Shown here: in pieces, positions 28,478 to 39,327 of the stretch
Layout: every line of letters starts with the position of its first letter
How positions within the stretch are numbered: position 1 is the first letter of the stretch
DNA from: an uncultured bacterium
Lineage (GTDB): Bacteria > SAR324 > NAC60-12
Reading direction: 5' to 3'
Length of the DNA stretch: 64,000 bases
Assembly: GCA_965662235.1 (NCBI GenBank)
Contig: CBFIGY010000001.1
Coordinates: forward strand, 128,001-192,000
Program-made: the position numbers and the translations under genes
The notes under the pieces: model-generated
Seen by the model: the letters and a program-made list of their open reading frames with translations, nothing else
Databases searched by the model: none
What the model was told of the DNA's origin: nothing

Positions 28478-29655
28478 TGCAAACCCAAGCTGCACTTCAT
28501 CCGGAAGCCAGCCTGATCGGCCGGCTCACACGCGGGACCGGTGTTCCGTTCCTGACACTTCTGGGCGTCATGGCCTTTCTGGTGCCTCTGCTCAATCAGG
28601 CCGTTCCTTCTGACTCCTTCCTGTACCTGCCGACCTATGCCGTTAGCCTCATGGGCAAGTACCTCTGCTACGCCCTGCTTGCGGTGGCGTTGGACCTCGT
28701 TTGGGGGTACTGCGGCATCCTCAGTCTTGGACACGGCGCCTTCTTTGCTCTCGGCGGGTATGCCATGGGCATGCACCTGATGCGGGAAATCGGTGACCGC
28801 GGTGTCTACGGGAATCCCTTGCTGCCAGACTTCATGGTCTTCCTCAACTGGCAGGAGCTGCCCTGGTACTGGTACGGTTTCGACTCGTTCCCGTTTGCCC
28901 TCCTCATGACCCTGCTGGTTCCGGGACTGCTCGCCTTTGCCTTTGGGTGGCTGGCCTTCCGCTCACGGGTGACGGGCGTTTACCTTTCCATCATCACCCA
29001 AGCCATGACCTATGCGCTGATGCTGGCGTTCTTCCGCAACGACATGGGCTTTGGCGGCAACAACGGGCTCACGGACTTCAAGGACGTCCTTGGCTTTAGT
29101 CTGCAATCAGAGGCCACCCGAAACGTGCTCTTTGTTCTCTCCGCCCTTGCCTTGGCAGGAGGCGTGCTGCTGAGCCGGTTCCTGGTCACCTCCAAGCTAG
29201 GACGCGTGCTGGTGGGCATCCGGGACGCCGAAAGTCGGGTCCGGTTTCTGGGCTACCGGGTCGAGCACTACAAGCTGTTCGTCTTTGTCGTCTCTGCGAT
29301 GCTGGCGGGACTCGCCGGGGCGCTCTATGTTCCACAGATCGGCATCATCAATCCCGGAGAGTTCTCCCCGATCAACTCGATTGAAATCGTCATCTGGGTC
29401 GCCCTAGGGGGTCGAGGCACGCTGTACGGGGCGGCTCTGGGCGCGCTGCTGGTCAACCTAGCCAAAACCTGGCTCACCGGCGCGGCTCCGGAGGCCTGGC
29501 TCTTTGTCCTCGGGGGCCTCTTTGTGGGCACCACCCTCTTCTTTCCCAAAGGCGTGCTCGGCTGGCTGGCTTCCGCACCGTGGCGACGGAAGGTCGGGGC
29601 TGCGGTGCTGGATCCTCCGGAGGCAGCAACGCCTGAGAAAGGAGGGTCATGGTAA
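28477..29655 (+). CDS. urtC: Urea ABC transporter permease
   Basis: DLVWGYCGILSLGHG.FF, LPDFMVFL.W.ELPW and GGNNGLTDF. The start overlaps the urtB stop (TGATG). Confidence 0.95.
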   Translation: MQTQAALHPEASLIGRLTRGTGVPFLTLLGVMAFLVPLLNQAVPSDSFLYLPTYAVSLMGKYLCYALLAVALDLVWGYCGILSLGHGAFFALGGYAMGMHLMREIGDRGVYGNPLLPDFMVFLNWQELPWYWYGFDSFPFALLMTLLVPGLLAFAFGWLAFRSRVTGVYLSIITQAMTYALMLAFFRNDMGFGGNNGLTDFKDVLGFSLQSEATRNVLFVLSALALAGGVLLSRFLVTSKLGRVLVGIRDAESRVRFLGYRVEHYKLFVFVVSAMLAGLAGALYVPQIGIINPGEFSPINSIEIVIWVALGGRGTLYGAALGALLVNLAKTWLTGAAPEAWLFVLGGLFVGTTLFFPKGVLGWLASAPWRRKVGAAVLDPPEAATPEKGGSW

Positions 29656-30410
29656 CGCTCAAAGAAGACCACGTTTCCAACACCATCCTCTACCTCGACG
29701 GCGTCAGCGTCAGTTTCGACGGCTTCAAGGCCCTCAACAACCTTTCGCTGTACGTTGAGCCCGGTGAGCTGCGGTCCATCATTGGCCCCAACGGCGCCGG
29801 CAAGACCACCATGATGGACGTCATCACCGGGAAGCTGCGTCCGGACACCGGCGAGGTCTTCTTCCAAAACCTCAACCTGCTTGAACTGGATGAGGCGGAA
29901 ATTGCCAACCTCGGCATTGGTCGGAAGTTCCAGAAGCCCACCGTTTTTGAAAGCCTCAGTGTTCTGGAGAACCTGGAACTCGCCCTCAAGATGGACCGGA
30001 CGCCCTGGGCCGTCCTCTTCCAGCACCGGGACCCTCAGGTCTGGCAACGGATGGAGGAGGTCCTTGAACAGATTGGCCTCCAGCACCGGCGCAACGAGCC
30101 TGCTGGCGCACTGTCCCACGGGCAGAAGCAGTGGCTGGAGATCGGCATGCTGATGATGCAGGACCTGGAGCTGCTGCTGGTCGATGAGCCGGTCGCTGGC
30201 ATGACAGACGCCGAAACCGAGCAGACCGCAACGCTGCTTCAGCAGGTCTCCGGGGAGCGCTCCGTGATTGTCGTCGAGCACGACATGGAGTTTGTCCGTT
30301 CCTTGGGGGGACGGGTGACGGTGCTGCACGAAGGCTCTGTGCTCGCAGAGGGCTCACATGCAGAGGTCAGCCGCAATGAACAGGTCGTCGAAGTCTACCT
30401 TGGGAGATAA
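29649..30410 (+). CDS. urtD: Urea ABC transporter ATP-binding protein
   Basis: VSFDGFKAL, GPNGAGKTT, GRKFQKP and LSHGQKQWLEIGM. Confidence 0.96.
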   Translation: MVTLKEDHVSNTILYLDGVSVSFDGFKALNNLSLYVEPGELRSIIGPNGAGKTTMMDVITGKLRPDTGEVFFQNLNLLELDEAEIANLGIGRKFQKPTVFESLSVLENLELALKMDRTPWAVLFQHRDPQVWQRMEEVLEQIGLQHRRNEPAGALSHGQKQWLEIGMLMMQDLELLLVDEPVAGMTDAETEQTATLLQQVSGERSVIVVEHDMEFVRSLGGRVTVLHEGSVLAEGSHAEVSRNEQVVEVYLGR

Positions 30411-30413
30411 GCT

Positions 30414-31103
30414 ATGTTGGAAATCAAAGAAGTGACCCTGCACTACGGGGCCAGCCAGGCGCTCCGGGGAGTGAACCTCACCGCCCAGAAGGGACGCGTC
30501 ACGGCCCTGCTCGGTCGCAACGGCGTCGGCAAGACCTCTCTGCTAAGGGCCATTGTGGGACAGCACCCCATCAGCGGTGGACAGATTGCGTGGGAAGACC
30601 AGGACCTCGCAGGGCGTCCCACCTTTCAGCGGGCTCGGTCCGGCATTGCGTATGTCCCTCAGGGCCGGGAGATCTTTCCGCAGCTGACGGTGGAGGAAAA
30701 CCTCCGGTCCGGACTCGGCTGGCAGGCCAAGGGGGTCATTCCGGAAAGCCTCTATGAGCTTTTCCCCGTCCTCAAGAGCATGCTTCACCGACGAGGAGGA
30801 GACCTTTCTGGCGGGCAGCAGCAGCAGCTGGCCATTGCCCGGGCCCTTACCCTGCAGCCTCGCCTGCTTGTGCTTGATGAGCCCACGGAAGGCATTCAGC
30901 CCTCAATCATCAAAGACATTGCCGGAGTGATCCGGAAGCTCCGGGATGCGGGATCCATGGCCATTTTGCTGGTGGAGCAGTACTTTGAGTTTGCACACGA
31001 CCTGGCCGACGACCTGGCGGTGATGGACCGCGGACAGGTGGTCCTCGCCGGCCAGCGCGAAGCCTTACAGGAGTCAGAGGTTCGGCGGTACCTGACGGTC
31101 TGA
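30414..31103 (+). CDS. urtE: Urea ABC transporter ATP-binding protein
   Basis: GRNGVGKT, YVPQGREIF, LSGGQQQQLAI and DEPTEGIQPSII. Confidence 0.96.
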   Translation: MLEIKEVTLHYGASQALRGVNLTAQKGRVTALLGRNGVGKTSLLRAIVGQHPISGGQIAWEDQDLAGRPTFQRARSGIAYVPQGREIFPQLTVEENLRSGLGWQAKGVIPESLYELFPVLKSMLHRRGGDLSGGQQQQLAIARALTLQPRLLVLDEPTEGIQPSIIKDIAGVIRKLRDAGSMAILLVEQYFEFAHDLADDLAVMDRGQVVLAGQREALQESEVRRYLTV

Positions 31104-31142
31104 TCGTTGCCCCCGAGTCGGCGCTTCAACTGCTTCTTTCTG

Positions 31143-31225
31143 CCTCCAAGCGGGAGAAGCGTCGGCTCTCTCACTCCACCGTTGTGAACGAAGCTGGAGC
31201 TTGGAGGGAGCGGGTCTCTTTTTTT
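31143..31225 (+). terminator. Branched stem-loop followed by a T-tract after urtE (probable terminator or structured RNA)
   Basis: CCTCCAAG (31143-50) pairs with CTTGGAGG (31200-07) and encloses two smaller hairpins. A T-run follows at about 31219-31225. Confidence 0.45.
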
Positions 31226-31271
31226 GCCTAATTTCTTTGCGTTTGATGAGGGAATGATGTTAATTTAGGCA
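31225..31271. promoter_or_regulatory. Pair of putative NtrC-like enhancer sites upstream of the oxygenase-urease operon
   Basis: TGCCTAATTTCTTTGCG (31225-41) and TGATGTTAATTTAGGCA (31255-71); each is similar to a glnA upstream site. Confidence 0.6.
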
Positions 31272-31359
31272 GCGTTTTCGCAGGCTTGCGGAGGCTACTT
31301 TGCCCAAGTATTTTGGTTTCCCCTCACTTCTCAGCAGATTAGCTCCCTTTCCAAACGAC

Positions 31360-31375
31360 TGGTCTGGCCGTTGCA
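31360..31375 (+). promoter_or_regulatory. Putative sigma54 promoter
   Basis: TGGTCTGGCCGTTGCA = GG-N10-GC with TTGCA at -12, about 50 bp before the oxygenase ATG. Confidence 0.65.
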
Positions 31376-31427
31376 GAATGGCTCTGTTCCAGAGAGGTTC
31401 GACTCCTTTCCCCATTTCGTGACTCTT

Positions 31428-32330
31428 ATGATTCCCATTGTTGACTTTGCTGCTCCTCCTGAGACGGTTGCCCGTCAGGCTTATGAGGCCTACACCGGCA
31501 TCGGCTTCTTCTATGCGGCCAACCTCCTGAATGATGCCGAAGGGCTGGAACGAACCTTTGCCGAGGCCAAGCGCTTCTTTGCCCTTCCCATGGACGAAAA
31601 GCAGGCCTGTGGGTGGACGAGTGAGGCCAGCAACCGAGGCTACACCGCCATTGAGCAGGAGAACCTCGACCCCTCTGAGGTGGGAGACATTAAGGAAGCC
31701 TACAACATGGGGCGAGAAGGCGATGAGCGCTACCCGAATCCGTGGCCGGCGTCGCTGCCTTCATTCCGGGAAACCCTGGTGGACTTTCATGAGAAGTGCC
31801 TGCAGATGAGCTTCACGGTGCTTGAGGCCTTTGAACGAGCGTTGCACCTGCCCGAGGGCTACCTGCAGGAACGGCACACCGTGGGAGATTCCAACATCCT
31901 CCGCGTCCTGCACTACCCCGCCATTCCGAATCTGGATCAGGTCAAGCCCGGTCAGCTGCGTGGCGGCGCCCACACCGACTACGGAACCATCACTCTGCTG
32001 ATGCAGGATGACGTTGGTGGGCTGGAAGTGCAGGGACGGGACCGGCAGTGGGTCCCGGCGCCCTCCATTCCGGGGACCATTCTGATCAACAGCGGCGACC
32101 TGCTGGCCCGCTGGACCAACGATGTCTTTTGCTCCACCCCACACCGTGTGGTGCTTCCACAAACAGAAGAGCAGAACCGTTCCCGTCAATCTCTGGCTTT
32201 CTTTTGCCACCCAAATTTCGATGCGCAGGTGAGCTGCATTGAATCCTGTACTGACTCGGATCACCCGGCTCAGTACCCCCCGATCGGAGCTGGGGAATAC
32301 CTGCTCTGGCGCCTCAGTCAATCCTACTGA
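31428..32330 (+). CDS. 2-oxoglutarate/Fe(II) dioxygenase, isopenicillin N synthase-like family
   Basis: IPIVDF, GFFY, NRGY, LRVLHYP, HTDYG (HxD), GGLEV, STPHRV (distal His) and RQSLAFF (RxS). Confidence 0.93.
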   Translation: MIPIVDFAAPPETVARQAYEAYTGIGFFYAANLLNDAEGLERTFAEAKRFFALPMDEKQACGWTSEASNRGYTAIEQENLDPSEVGDIKEAYNMGREGDERYPNPWPASLPSFRETLVDFHEKCLQMSFTVLEAFERALHLPEGYLQERHTVGDSNILRVLHYPAIPNLDQVKPGQLRGGAHTDYGTITLLMQDDVGGLEVQGRDRQWVPAPSIPGTILINSGDLLARWTNDVFCSTPHRVVLPQTEEQNRSRQSLAFFCHPNFDAQVSCIESCTDSDHPAQYPPIGAGEYLLWRLSQSY

Positions 32331-32345
32331 ATCAGGAGTTCACGA

Positions 32346-33389
32346 ATGAAAAAACTGTTCCTCACTCTCCTCAGCTCGGCCCTTCTTCTGGGAAGCCAAG
32401 CGCTGGCCAAGCCCTCCGTTGGCTTTGTGTACGTGGGTCCCATTGGAGACGGCGGCTGGACGCAGGCGCATGACAAGGGACGCCGGCACCTGGAAAGCCT
32501 GGGTTACAAGACCCAATACGTTGAGTCGGTTCCGGAGTCTGATTCAGAGAAGGTCATCCGGCGGTTGGCCCAGCGCAACGACATGGTCATCACCACCTCT
32601 TTTGGCTTCATGGACCCCACCGAACGGGTGGCCAACATGATGTCTGACAAGATGTTCCTGCACATCTCCGGGTTCAAGATGAACGACTCGAACTTCGGAA
32701 ATGCCACCTGCCGGCAGTATCAGCCGCGCTACCTCGCTGGCATTGCCGCCGGACTGCTGACCAAGAACAACAAGATCGGCTTTGTCGGCTCCTACCCCAT
32801 TCCGGAGGTGCTTGCAGGGATCAACTCCATGGTCATGGGCGCCCGCTCAGTCAATCCCGCTGTGGAAGCCGAGATCGTCTGGATCAACTCCTGGTTTGAC
32901 CCCCCCAAGGACCTCGAAGCCGCCAAGGCACTCGCCAGCAGCAACAACGATGTGCTCTTCACCACCACGGACTCCCCATCAGTCATTCAGGTGGCCCAGG
33001 AGCGAGGCCTGTGGGCTGTCGGCAACGACCAGGACATGAGTGAGTACGGCAAGGACGCACAGATCACCGCCCCGATCTTTGACTGGGCTCCGATGTATGA
33101 GTACCACCTCAAGCGCCTGGAAGCCGGCACCTGGAAGCCCGAGTCTCAGTTCTGGGGCATTGAAACCGGATGCGTCGAGCTCGCCCCTTGGGGTCCAAAG
33201 GTGCCGCAGTCGGTTCAGGAGCAGGTGGATGCCGTCAAGGCCCGCATGGTCGCCAAGGAGTTTGACGTGTTTGACGGTGGCGTCACCAAGCAAGACGGAA
33301 CCAAGGTTGCCGGTCCGCTGCCCTTGGATCAGATCCTGTCAATGAACTACTTTGTGGAAGGCATCATCTCGCCCTTCCCGAACAACTAA
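32346..33389 (+). CDS. BMP/PnrA family substrate-binding protein (purine nucleoside type)
   Basis: Signal peptide. GFVYVGPIGDGGW..AH..GR, ESVPE, TSFGFMD, PIPEV and WINSWFDP. Confidence 0.9.
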   Translation: MKKLFLTLLSSALLLGSQALAKPSVGFVYVGPIGDGGWTQAHDKGRRHLESLGYKTQYVESVPESDSEKVIRRLAQRNDMVITTSFGFMDPTERVANMMSDKMFLHISGFKMNDSNFGNATCRQYQPRYLAGIAAGLLTKNNKIGFVGSYPIPEVLAGINSMVMGARSVNPAVEAEIVWINSWFDPPKDLEAAKALASSNNDVLFTTTDSPSVIQVAQERGLWAVGNDQDMSEYGKDAQITAPIFDWAPMYEYHLKRLEAGTWKPESQFWGIETGCVELAPWGPKVPQSVQEQVDAVKARMVAKEFDVFDGGVTKQDGTKVAGPLPLDQILSMNYFVEGIISPFPNN

Positions 33390-33413
33390 TCCTCGCTTTC
33401 CTTCCGAGTTGCC

Positions 33414-33716
33414 ATGCACCTGACCCCACGTGAAATGGAAAAGCTGATGGTCTTTACGGCCGGTGAACTGGCGCGCAAGCGCAAGGGCCGGGGCCTGAAG
33501 CTCAATCACCCTGAAGCCGTGGCTTACATCACCTCCGAACTGCTTGAGGAGATCCGCAACGGAAAAACCGTGGTCGAGGTCATGGAACTCGGACGCCACC
33601 TCCTCTCCCGAGAGGAGGTCATGGAAGGCGTTCCGGAGATGATTCCGGAAATCCAGGTCGAAGGGACCTTCCCAGACGGCACCAAGCTGGTGACCGTCCA
33701 CAACCCCATTCCCTAA
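33414..33716 (+). CDS. ureA: Urease gamma subunit
   Basis: [19 protein letters not shown] and [18 protein letters not shown]. Confidence 0.98.
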   Translation: MHLTPREMEKLMVFTAGELARKRKGRGLKLNHPEAVAYITSELLEEIRNGKTVVEVMELGRHLLSREEVMEGVPEMIPEIQVEGTFPDGTKLVTVHNPIP

Positions 33717-33724
33717 AGCACAGC

Positions 33725-34084
33725 ATGGTTCCGGGAGAATACCGCATTCAGTCCACCCCCATTGACGCCAACCCCGGACGGGCCACCACCCGGATCGTGG
33801 TGCACAACACCGGCGATCGCCCCATCCAGGTCGGCTCCCACTTTCACTTCTTTGAAGCCAACCGCTGGCTCCGGTTTGAGCGCGAAGCCGCCTATGGCAT
33901 GCGCCTCAACCTCCCTGCTGGCACCGCCGTACGGTTTGAGCCCGGAGACTCCAAGGAAGTGGAACTGGTCGCCCTCGCAGGCAACCGACGTGTGTTCGGC
34001 TTCAACGGCCTGGTCAACGGAGACCTCGACCACCCGGACGTCCAGCAACGCGCCCTTGAGGCGGTCCGTGAATTTGCCAAGTAG
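33725..34084 (+). CDS. ureB: Urease beta subunit
   Basis: [17 protein letters not shown] and [11 protein letters not shown]. Confidence 0.98.
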   Translation: MVPGEYRIQSTPIDANPGRATTRIVVHNTGDRPIQVGSHFHFFEANRWLRFEREAAYGMRLNLPAGTAVRFEPGDSKEVELVALAGNRRVFGFNGLVNGDLDHPDVQQRALEAVREFAK

Positions 34085-34092
34085 GAGCCTTC

Positions 34093-35796
<1,704 letters not shown>

Positions 35797-35798
35797 AT

Positions 35799-36257
35799 AT
35801 GGATATTGTTGTTCAAATTCACCCGTGGGAAGAGCTGCGGGCCCTGCATCCCGACCTTCCCACTCAAACCCTGACCCTGCCGTGGGAAGAGCGATGCCGC
35901 AGCCACGGCAAGCACACCACCGATCAGGGGCACCGCTTTGGGCTTTCGCTGGAGTCCGGAAGCACCCTCTCTGCCGGACAGGGCTTCCTTCTGCCCCAGA
36001 CCTCACAATTGGTCGAGGTCAAGGAAGCTCCAGAGGCGCTCTATCAGGTTCATCCGGAATCGCATCACGACTGGGCCTACCTTTCTTATCAGATTGGCAA
36101 CCGGCACCTGGCCCTGATGATTCAGCCAGAGGGGCTGTTCTGCCTTGCGGAACCAGCGTCTCGGCTCCTGCTGGAGCAGCTCCAGGTCCCCTTCTCAGAA
36201 GTCGCTGCGCCCTTCACGCCTGCCTTGAAGTTCAGTGGACACGCGCACCCGCACTGA
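35799..36257 (+). CDS. ureE: Urease accessory protein UreE
   Basis: LTLPWEER, YQIGNRH and a short His tail (HAHPH); position in the operon. Confidence 0.88.
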   Translation: MDIVVQIHPWEELRALHPDLPTQTLTLPWEERCRSHGKHTTDQGHRFGLSLESGSTLSAGQGFLLPQTSQLVEVKEAPEALYQVHPESHHDWAYLSYQIGNRHLALMIQPEGLFCLAEPASRLLLEQLQVPFSEVAAPFTPALKFSGHAHPH

Positions 36258-36969
36258 CCCGCTTCTGCCTTCTCACACGCCGGACCTGCTCCAGCAGCTG
36301 CGCCTGCTCCAGTTGTGCGACAGCGCGTTTCCTACAGGCGCCTTTGCCTACTCCGATGGACTGGAAACGGCAGTGCATACCGGACACGTCTGCACTGCCG
36401 CCGATCTGTACACCTGGATGACAGACTGGCTTCAGCACACCTTCCGGCCCCTCGAAGGCCCGGCCCTCGTGCAGGCCATGCGCGCCTGGACGCAGCAAGA
36501 CCTTCCACGTCTGCAAGCACTCGATGAGGCCCTCACCGCCTTTCGCCCGGCGGCTGCAACCCGGATCAGCTCCACAACACTCGGCAAGCGCTTGCTCAAA
36601 GCCACTCTGCCCCAAGACGCCTCTGGCTCGCTGCAGACGCTGGAACAGCAGCTGCGCACTCGACAGCTTCCGGGCAACCACCTGCTCGTCTGGGGCGTGC
36701 TGGCCGCCACGTTCCAGTTTCCGGAAGCCACTGCTGCTTCGGCCTTTGCCTTTCAACGCCTGAACAGCACCGTTTCAGCCGCACTCCGACTCTTCTCCAT
36801 TGGGCAGCAGGCTGGGCAGCAGGTACTCTCAGAGCTCCTGACGCAGGTGCCCGCAGTCGTTGACGTGCTGCTCCAGCAACCGGAGGCGCCTCTGCAGACC
36901 TTCAATCCCTGGCAGGATGTGGCGCAGATGAACCACCGTTTCCTCTACACCCGACTCTTTCGGTCCTAA
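36235..36969 (+). CDS. ureF: Urease accessory protein UreF (start uncertain)
   Basis: [25 protein letters not shown] and C-terminal H..LYTRLFRS. Confidence 0.93.
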   Translation: MDTRTRTDPLLPSHTPDLLQQLRLLQLCDSAFPTGAFAYSDGLETAVHTGHVCTAADLYTWMTDWLQHTFRPLEGPALVQAMRAWTQQDLPRLQALDEALTAFRPAAATRISSTTLGKRLLKATLPQDASGSLQTLEQQLRTRQLPGNHLLVWGVLAATFQFPEATAASAFAFQRLNSTVSAALRLFSIGQQAGQQVLSELLTQVPAVVDVLLQQPEAPLQTFNPWQDVAQMNHRFLYTRLFRS

Positions 36970-36989
36970 CCTTCTCCCACAAGTCTGAC

Positions 36990-37616
36990 ATGCGCAAACC
37001 CGTCAAAATTGGCATTGGAGGCCCGGTTGGTTCTGGGAAAACCGCCCTCTTGGATCGGCTCTGCAAGGCCATGCGAGACCACTACCAGCTGGCCGTGGTC
37101 ACCAACGACATCTTCACCCGCGAAGACATGGAGTTTCTCATCCGCAGCGAAGCCCTGCCAGCAGAGCGCATCCGTGGGGTCGAAACCGGAGGCTGTCCCC
37201 ACACCGCCATCCGTGAAGATGCCTCGCTGAACTTTGAGGCCATTGAGCAGCTCATTGACGACTTCCCCCAGCTCGACCTCGTCTTTGTCGAAAGCGGCGG
37301 AGACAACCTTGCGGCCAGCTTCAGTCCCGAACTGGTTGATGCGTCCCTATACGTCATTGACGTCTCAGGAGGAGACAAGGTTCCCCGGAAGGGAGGCCCC
37401 GGGGTCACCCGTTCCGATCTGCTGGTGATCAACAAGATCGACCTGGCCCCAATGGTCGGCGCCAGCCTAGAGGTCATGGACCGTGACGCCCGGAAGATGC
37501 GTGGAGAGCGCCCCTTCATCTTCAGTAACCTGAAGTCCGGAGAGGGCCTCGACGCAATCATCCACTGGATTCGGACGGAGCTGCTCTTCGAAGAACCCAC
37601 TGGCGCGTCTGCATGA
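36990..37616 (+). CDS. ureG: Urease accessory GTPase UreG
   Basis: [30 protein letters not shown] and NKID. Confidence 0.98.
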   Translation: MRKPVKIGIGGPVGSGKTALLDRLCKAMRDHYQLAVVTNDIFTREDMEFLIRSEALPAERIRGVETGGCPHTAIREDASLNFEAIEQLIDDFPQLDLVFVESGGDNLAASFSPELVDASLYVIDVSGGDKVPRKGGPGVTRSDLLVINKIDLAPMVGASLEVMDRDARKMRGERPFIFSNLKSGEGLDAIIHWIRTELLFEEPTGASA

Positions 37617-38464
37617 GCACGGCGCTCTCTTCCATTGGACGGCAGGCGACCCTCGCACTCACCTTCGCAGCCCAGCAGGGACGGACGGTTCTGGAGCATG
37701 CCCGCGTGGAGACGCCCCTGAAGGTCACCCGGCCCTACTGGCCCGATGACTCCGGAACCGCACACGTGATCCTGATGAGCCCGGCCCCCGGACTCTTTGG
37801 CGGTGACGAGTGGACCCTCCGGATCCGGGTGCGTTCCGGGGCCAAGGTCCGCCTGACGCCCCAAGGCGCCCTGCGGGTTCACCCAACGCCCTCGGCAGTA
37901 CCAGCCCTCCAGCATGTCGAGCTGCTGGTGGAAGACGGCGCTGCCCTCAGCTGGGAGATGGAACCGGTGATTCCCTTCCGGGATTCCCTCCTCCAGCAAA
38001 CGGTTCACCTGCAGGTTGCGCCCAAGGGGCGGTTGCTCTACTGGGATGCCTTCTGTTCCGGGCGCGTGATGCATGGTGAGACCTGGGCCTTCCGGAGTTT
38101 TTCCCAAGACCTTTCCTGCTGGCAAGCAGAGCGGCTCCTCCTTCGAGACCGCTTTCACCTCAATCCCGCAGCACTTCCGGTGCCCAGCCAGGGCATGCAC
38201 TGGTTTGCCGGAGCGCTCTGGCATCACCCTGAGGCCGAAGCGTGGCTGCTCGACTCTGCAACCGCAGTGCAGGAGTCTCCTGCTCCCCACTGGGGGCTGG
38301 ACGCTCCCGACCCTTCCCTGCTCGTCCTCCGTGGGCTTGCCCCGTCTGGCGTGGCTTACCGCCGGACCGCTGACGCGCTGCGTGCCCAGCTCCGGAGCGC
38401 TCTCTTTGAGAACCCCTCACGCCCCCTTCACTTTCCCTCCTGCGATTTTCCGGACAACTCCTGA
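37613..38464 (+). CDS. ureD: Urease accessory protein UreD
   Basis: [20 protein letters not shown] and GR...GE.W.F; last gene of the cluster. Confidence 0.88.
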   Translation: MSTALSSIGRQATLALTFAAQQGRTVLEHARVETPLKVTRPYWPDDSGTAHVILMSPAPGLFGGDEWTLRIRVRSGAKVRLTPQGALRVHPTPSAVPALQHVELLVEDGAALSWEMEPVIPFRDSLLQQTVHLQVAPKGRLLYWDAFCSGRVMHGETWAFRSFSQDLSCWQAERLLLRDRFHLNPAALPVPSQGMHWFAGALWHHPEAEAWLLDSATAVQESPAPHWGLDAPDPSLLVLRGLAPSGVAYRRTADALRAQLRSALFENPSRPLHFPSCDFPDNS

Positions 38465-38517
38465 GCGCTGCAAAAAGTCGTTGCGTTGCGAAAGGGGATG
38501 CAGTAACGTTCCTAGGA

Positions 38518-38540
38518 CCTAAGACATCAGACGTCTTAGG
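38518..38540. promoter_or_regulatory. Palindromic operator, probably for the adjacent GntR regulator
   Basis: CCTAAGAC-ATCAGAC-GTCTTAGG, a perfect 8-bp inverted repeat about 40 bp upstream of gntR. Confidence 0.7.
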
Positions 38541-38578
38541 AGATACGATCGTGCCCCCTTACGGAGACTTCAGAAGCC

Positions 38579-39316
38579 ATGCTCCTTCGAGTGGACAAGC
38601 CCTTGGTTCGACGCGTTCAGGACGCCATCCTGCGTTTGATCCGAGAAGAGCACCTGCAGCCCGGCGACAAGATTCTTAGCGAAACCGAGCTGGGACAGCT
38701 TCTGGGCGTGGGCCGTTCCACGCTCCGCGAGGCTGTGGGGCACCTAGAGGAGCAGGGCATTTTGCAGAAGTCTCACGGACGGGGGACCTTCCTCCGGCAG
38801 TTGCCCATTGTGCTGGAGAGCGGGCTGGAAAACCTCACCAGCGTGACCGAGCACATCCGGAAGGTTGGCGCCCGCCCCTCCACCCGACGCATGGAGGTGC
38901 AGCAGGTCCCGGCCGATGAGACCCTGGCTCAGAAACTGAGCATTGCCTCGGGCACCCCGTGCTACCGGATTGAGCGGGTCCGCTTTGCCGACGAGGTTCC
39001 GGCCGCTTACTGCATTGACATCATCCCGGCGCCCTACCTGCCGCATCAGGCCACCGAAGAAGCGCTGCAGGGCTCCCTCTTTGAGCTGCTGGAGGTCAAT
39101 GAACACCCGGTCTCCTACACCGAGAGCTACATCTCTCCCACCCTGCTCACCCAGCAGGACCTTCCGGAGCTTCCCGACCGGCAGGCGTTCTTTCTCCTTT
39201 TTGAGGAGATCAACTTTGACACCAGTGGACTCCCTGTCTGCTACAGCAACGACTACTACAGCAGCCAGGTGTTTGAGTTCAAAATCATTCGAAAACGTTC
39301 GTTTGCGCAACATTGA
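38579..39316 (+). CDS. GntR family regulator, HutC/UTRA subfamily
   Basis: SETEL...GVGRSTLREA...HGRGTF helix-turn-helix and a UTRA-like C-terminal domain. Confidence 0.93.
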   Translation: MLLRVDKPLVRRVQDAILRLIREEHLQPGDKILSETELGQLLGVGRSTLREAVGHLEEQGILQKSHGRGTFLRQLPIVLESGLENLTSVTEHIRKVGARPSTRRMEVQQVPADETLAQKLSIASGTPCYRIERVRFADEVPAAYCIDIIPAPYLPHQATEEALQGSLFELLEVNEHPVSYTESYISPTLLTQQDLPELPDRQAFFLLFEEINFDTSGLPVCYSNDYYSSQVFEFKIIRKRSFAQH

Positions 39317-39327
39317 TGAGGAGGTTT

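Noticed and set aside
31104..31225. Glutamine (glnA-motif) riboswitch suggested by ATCGTTG and the nitrogen context
   Set aside because: The conserved GGAAGTA-type core and closing strand are not present.
31345..31420. Possible tRNA gene around GGTTCGACTCC
   Set aside because: No acceptor 5' strand, D-arm or anticodon arm can be folded; kept only as a T-arm-like fragment.
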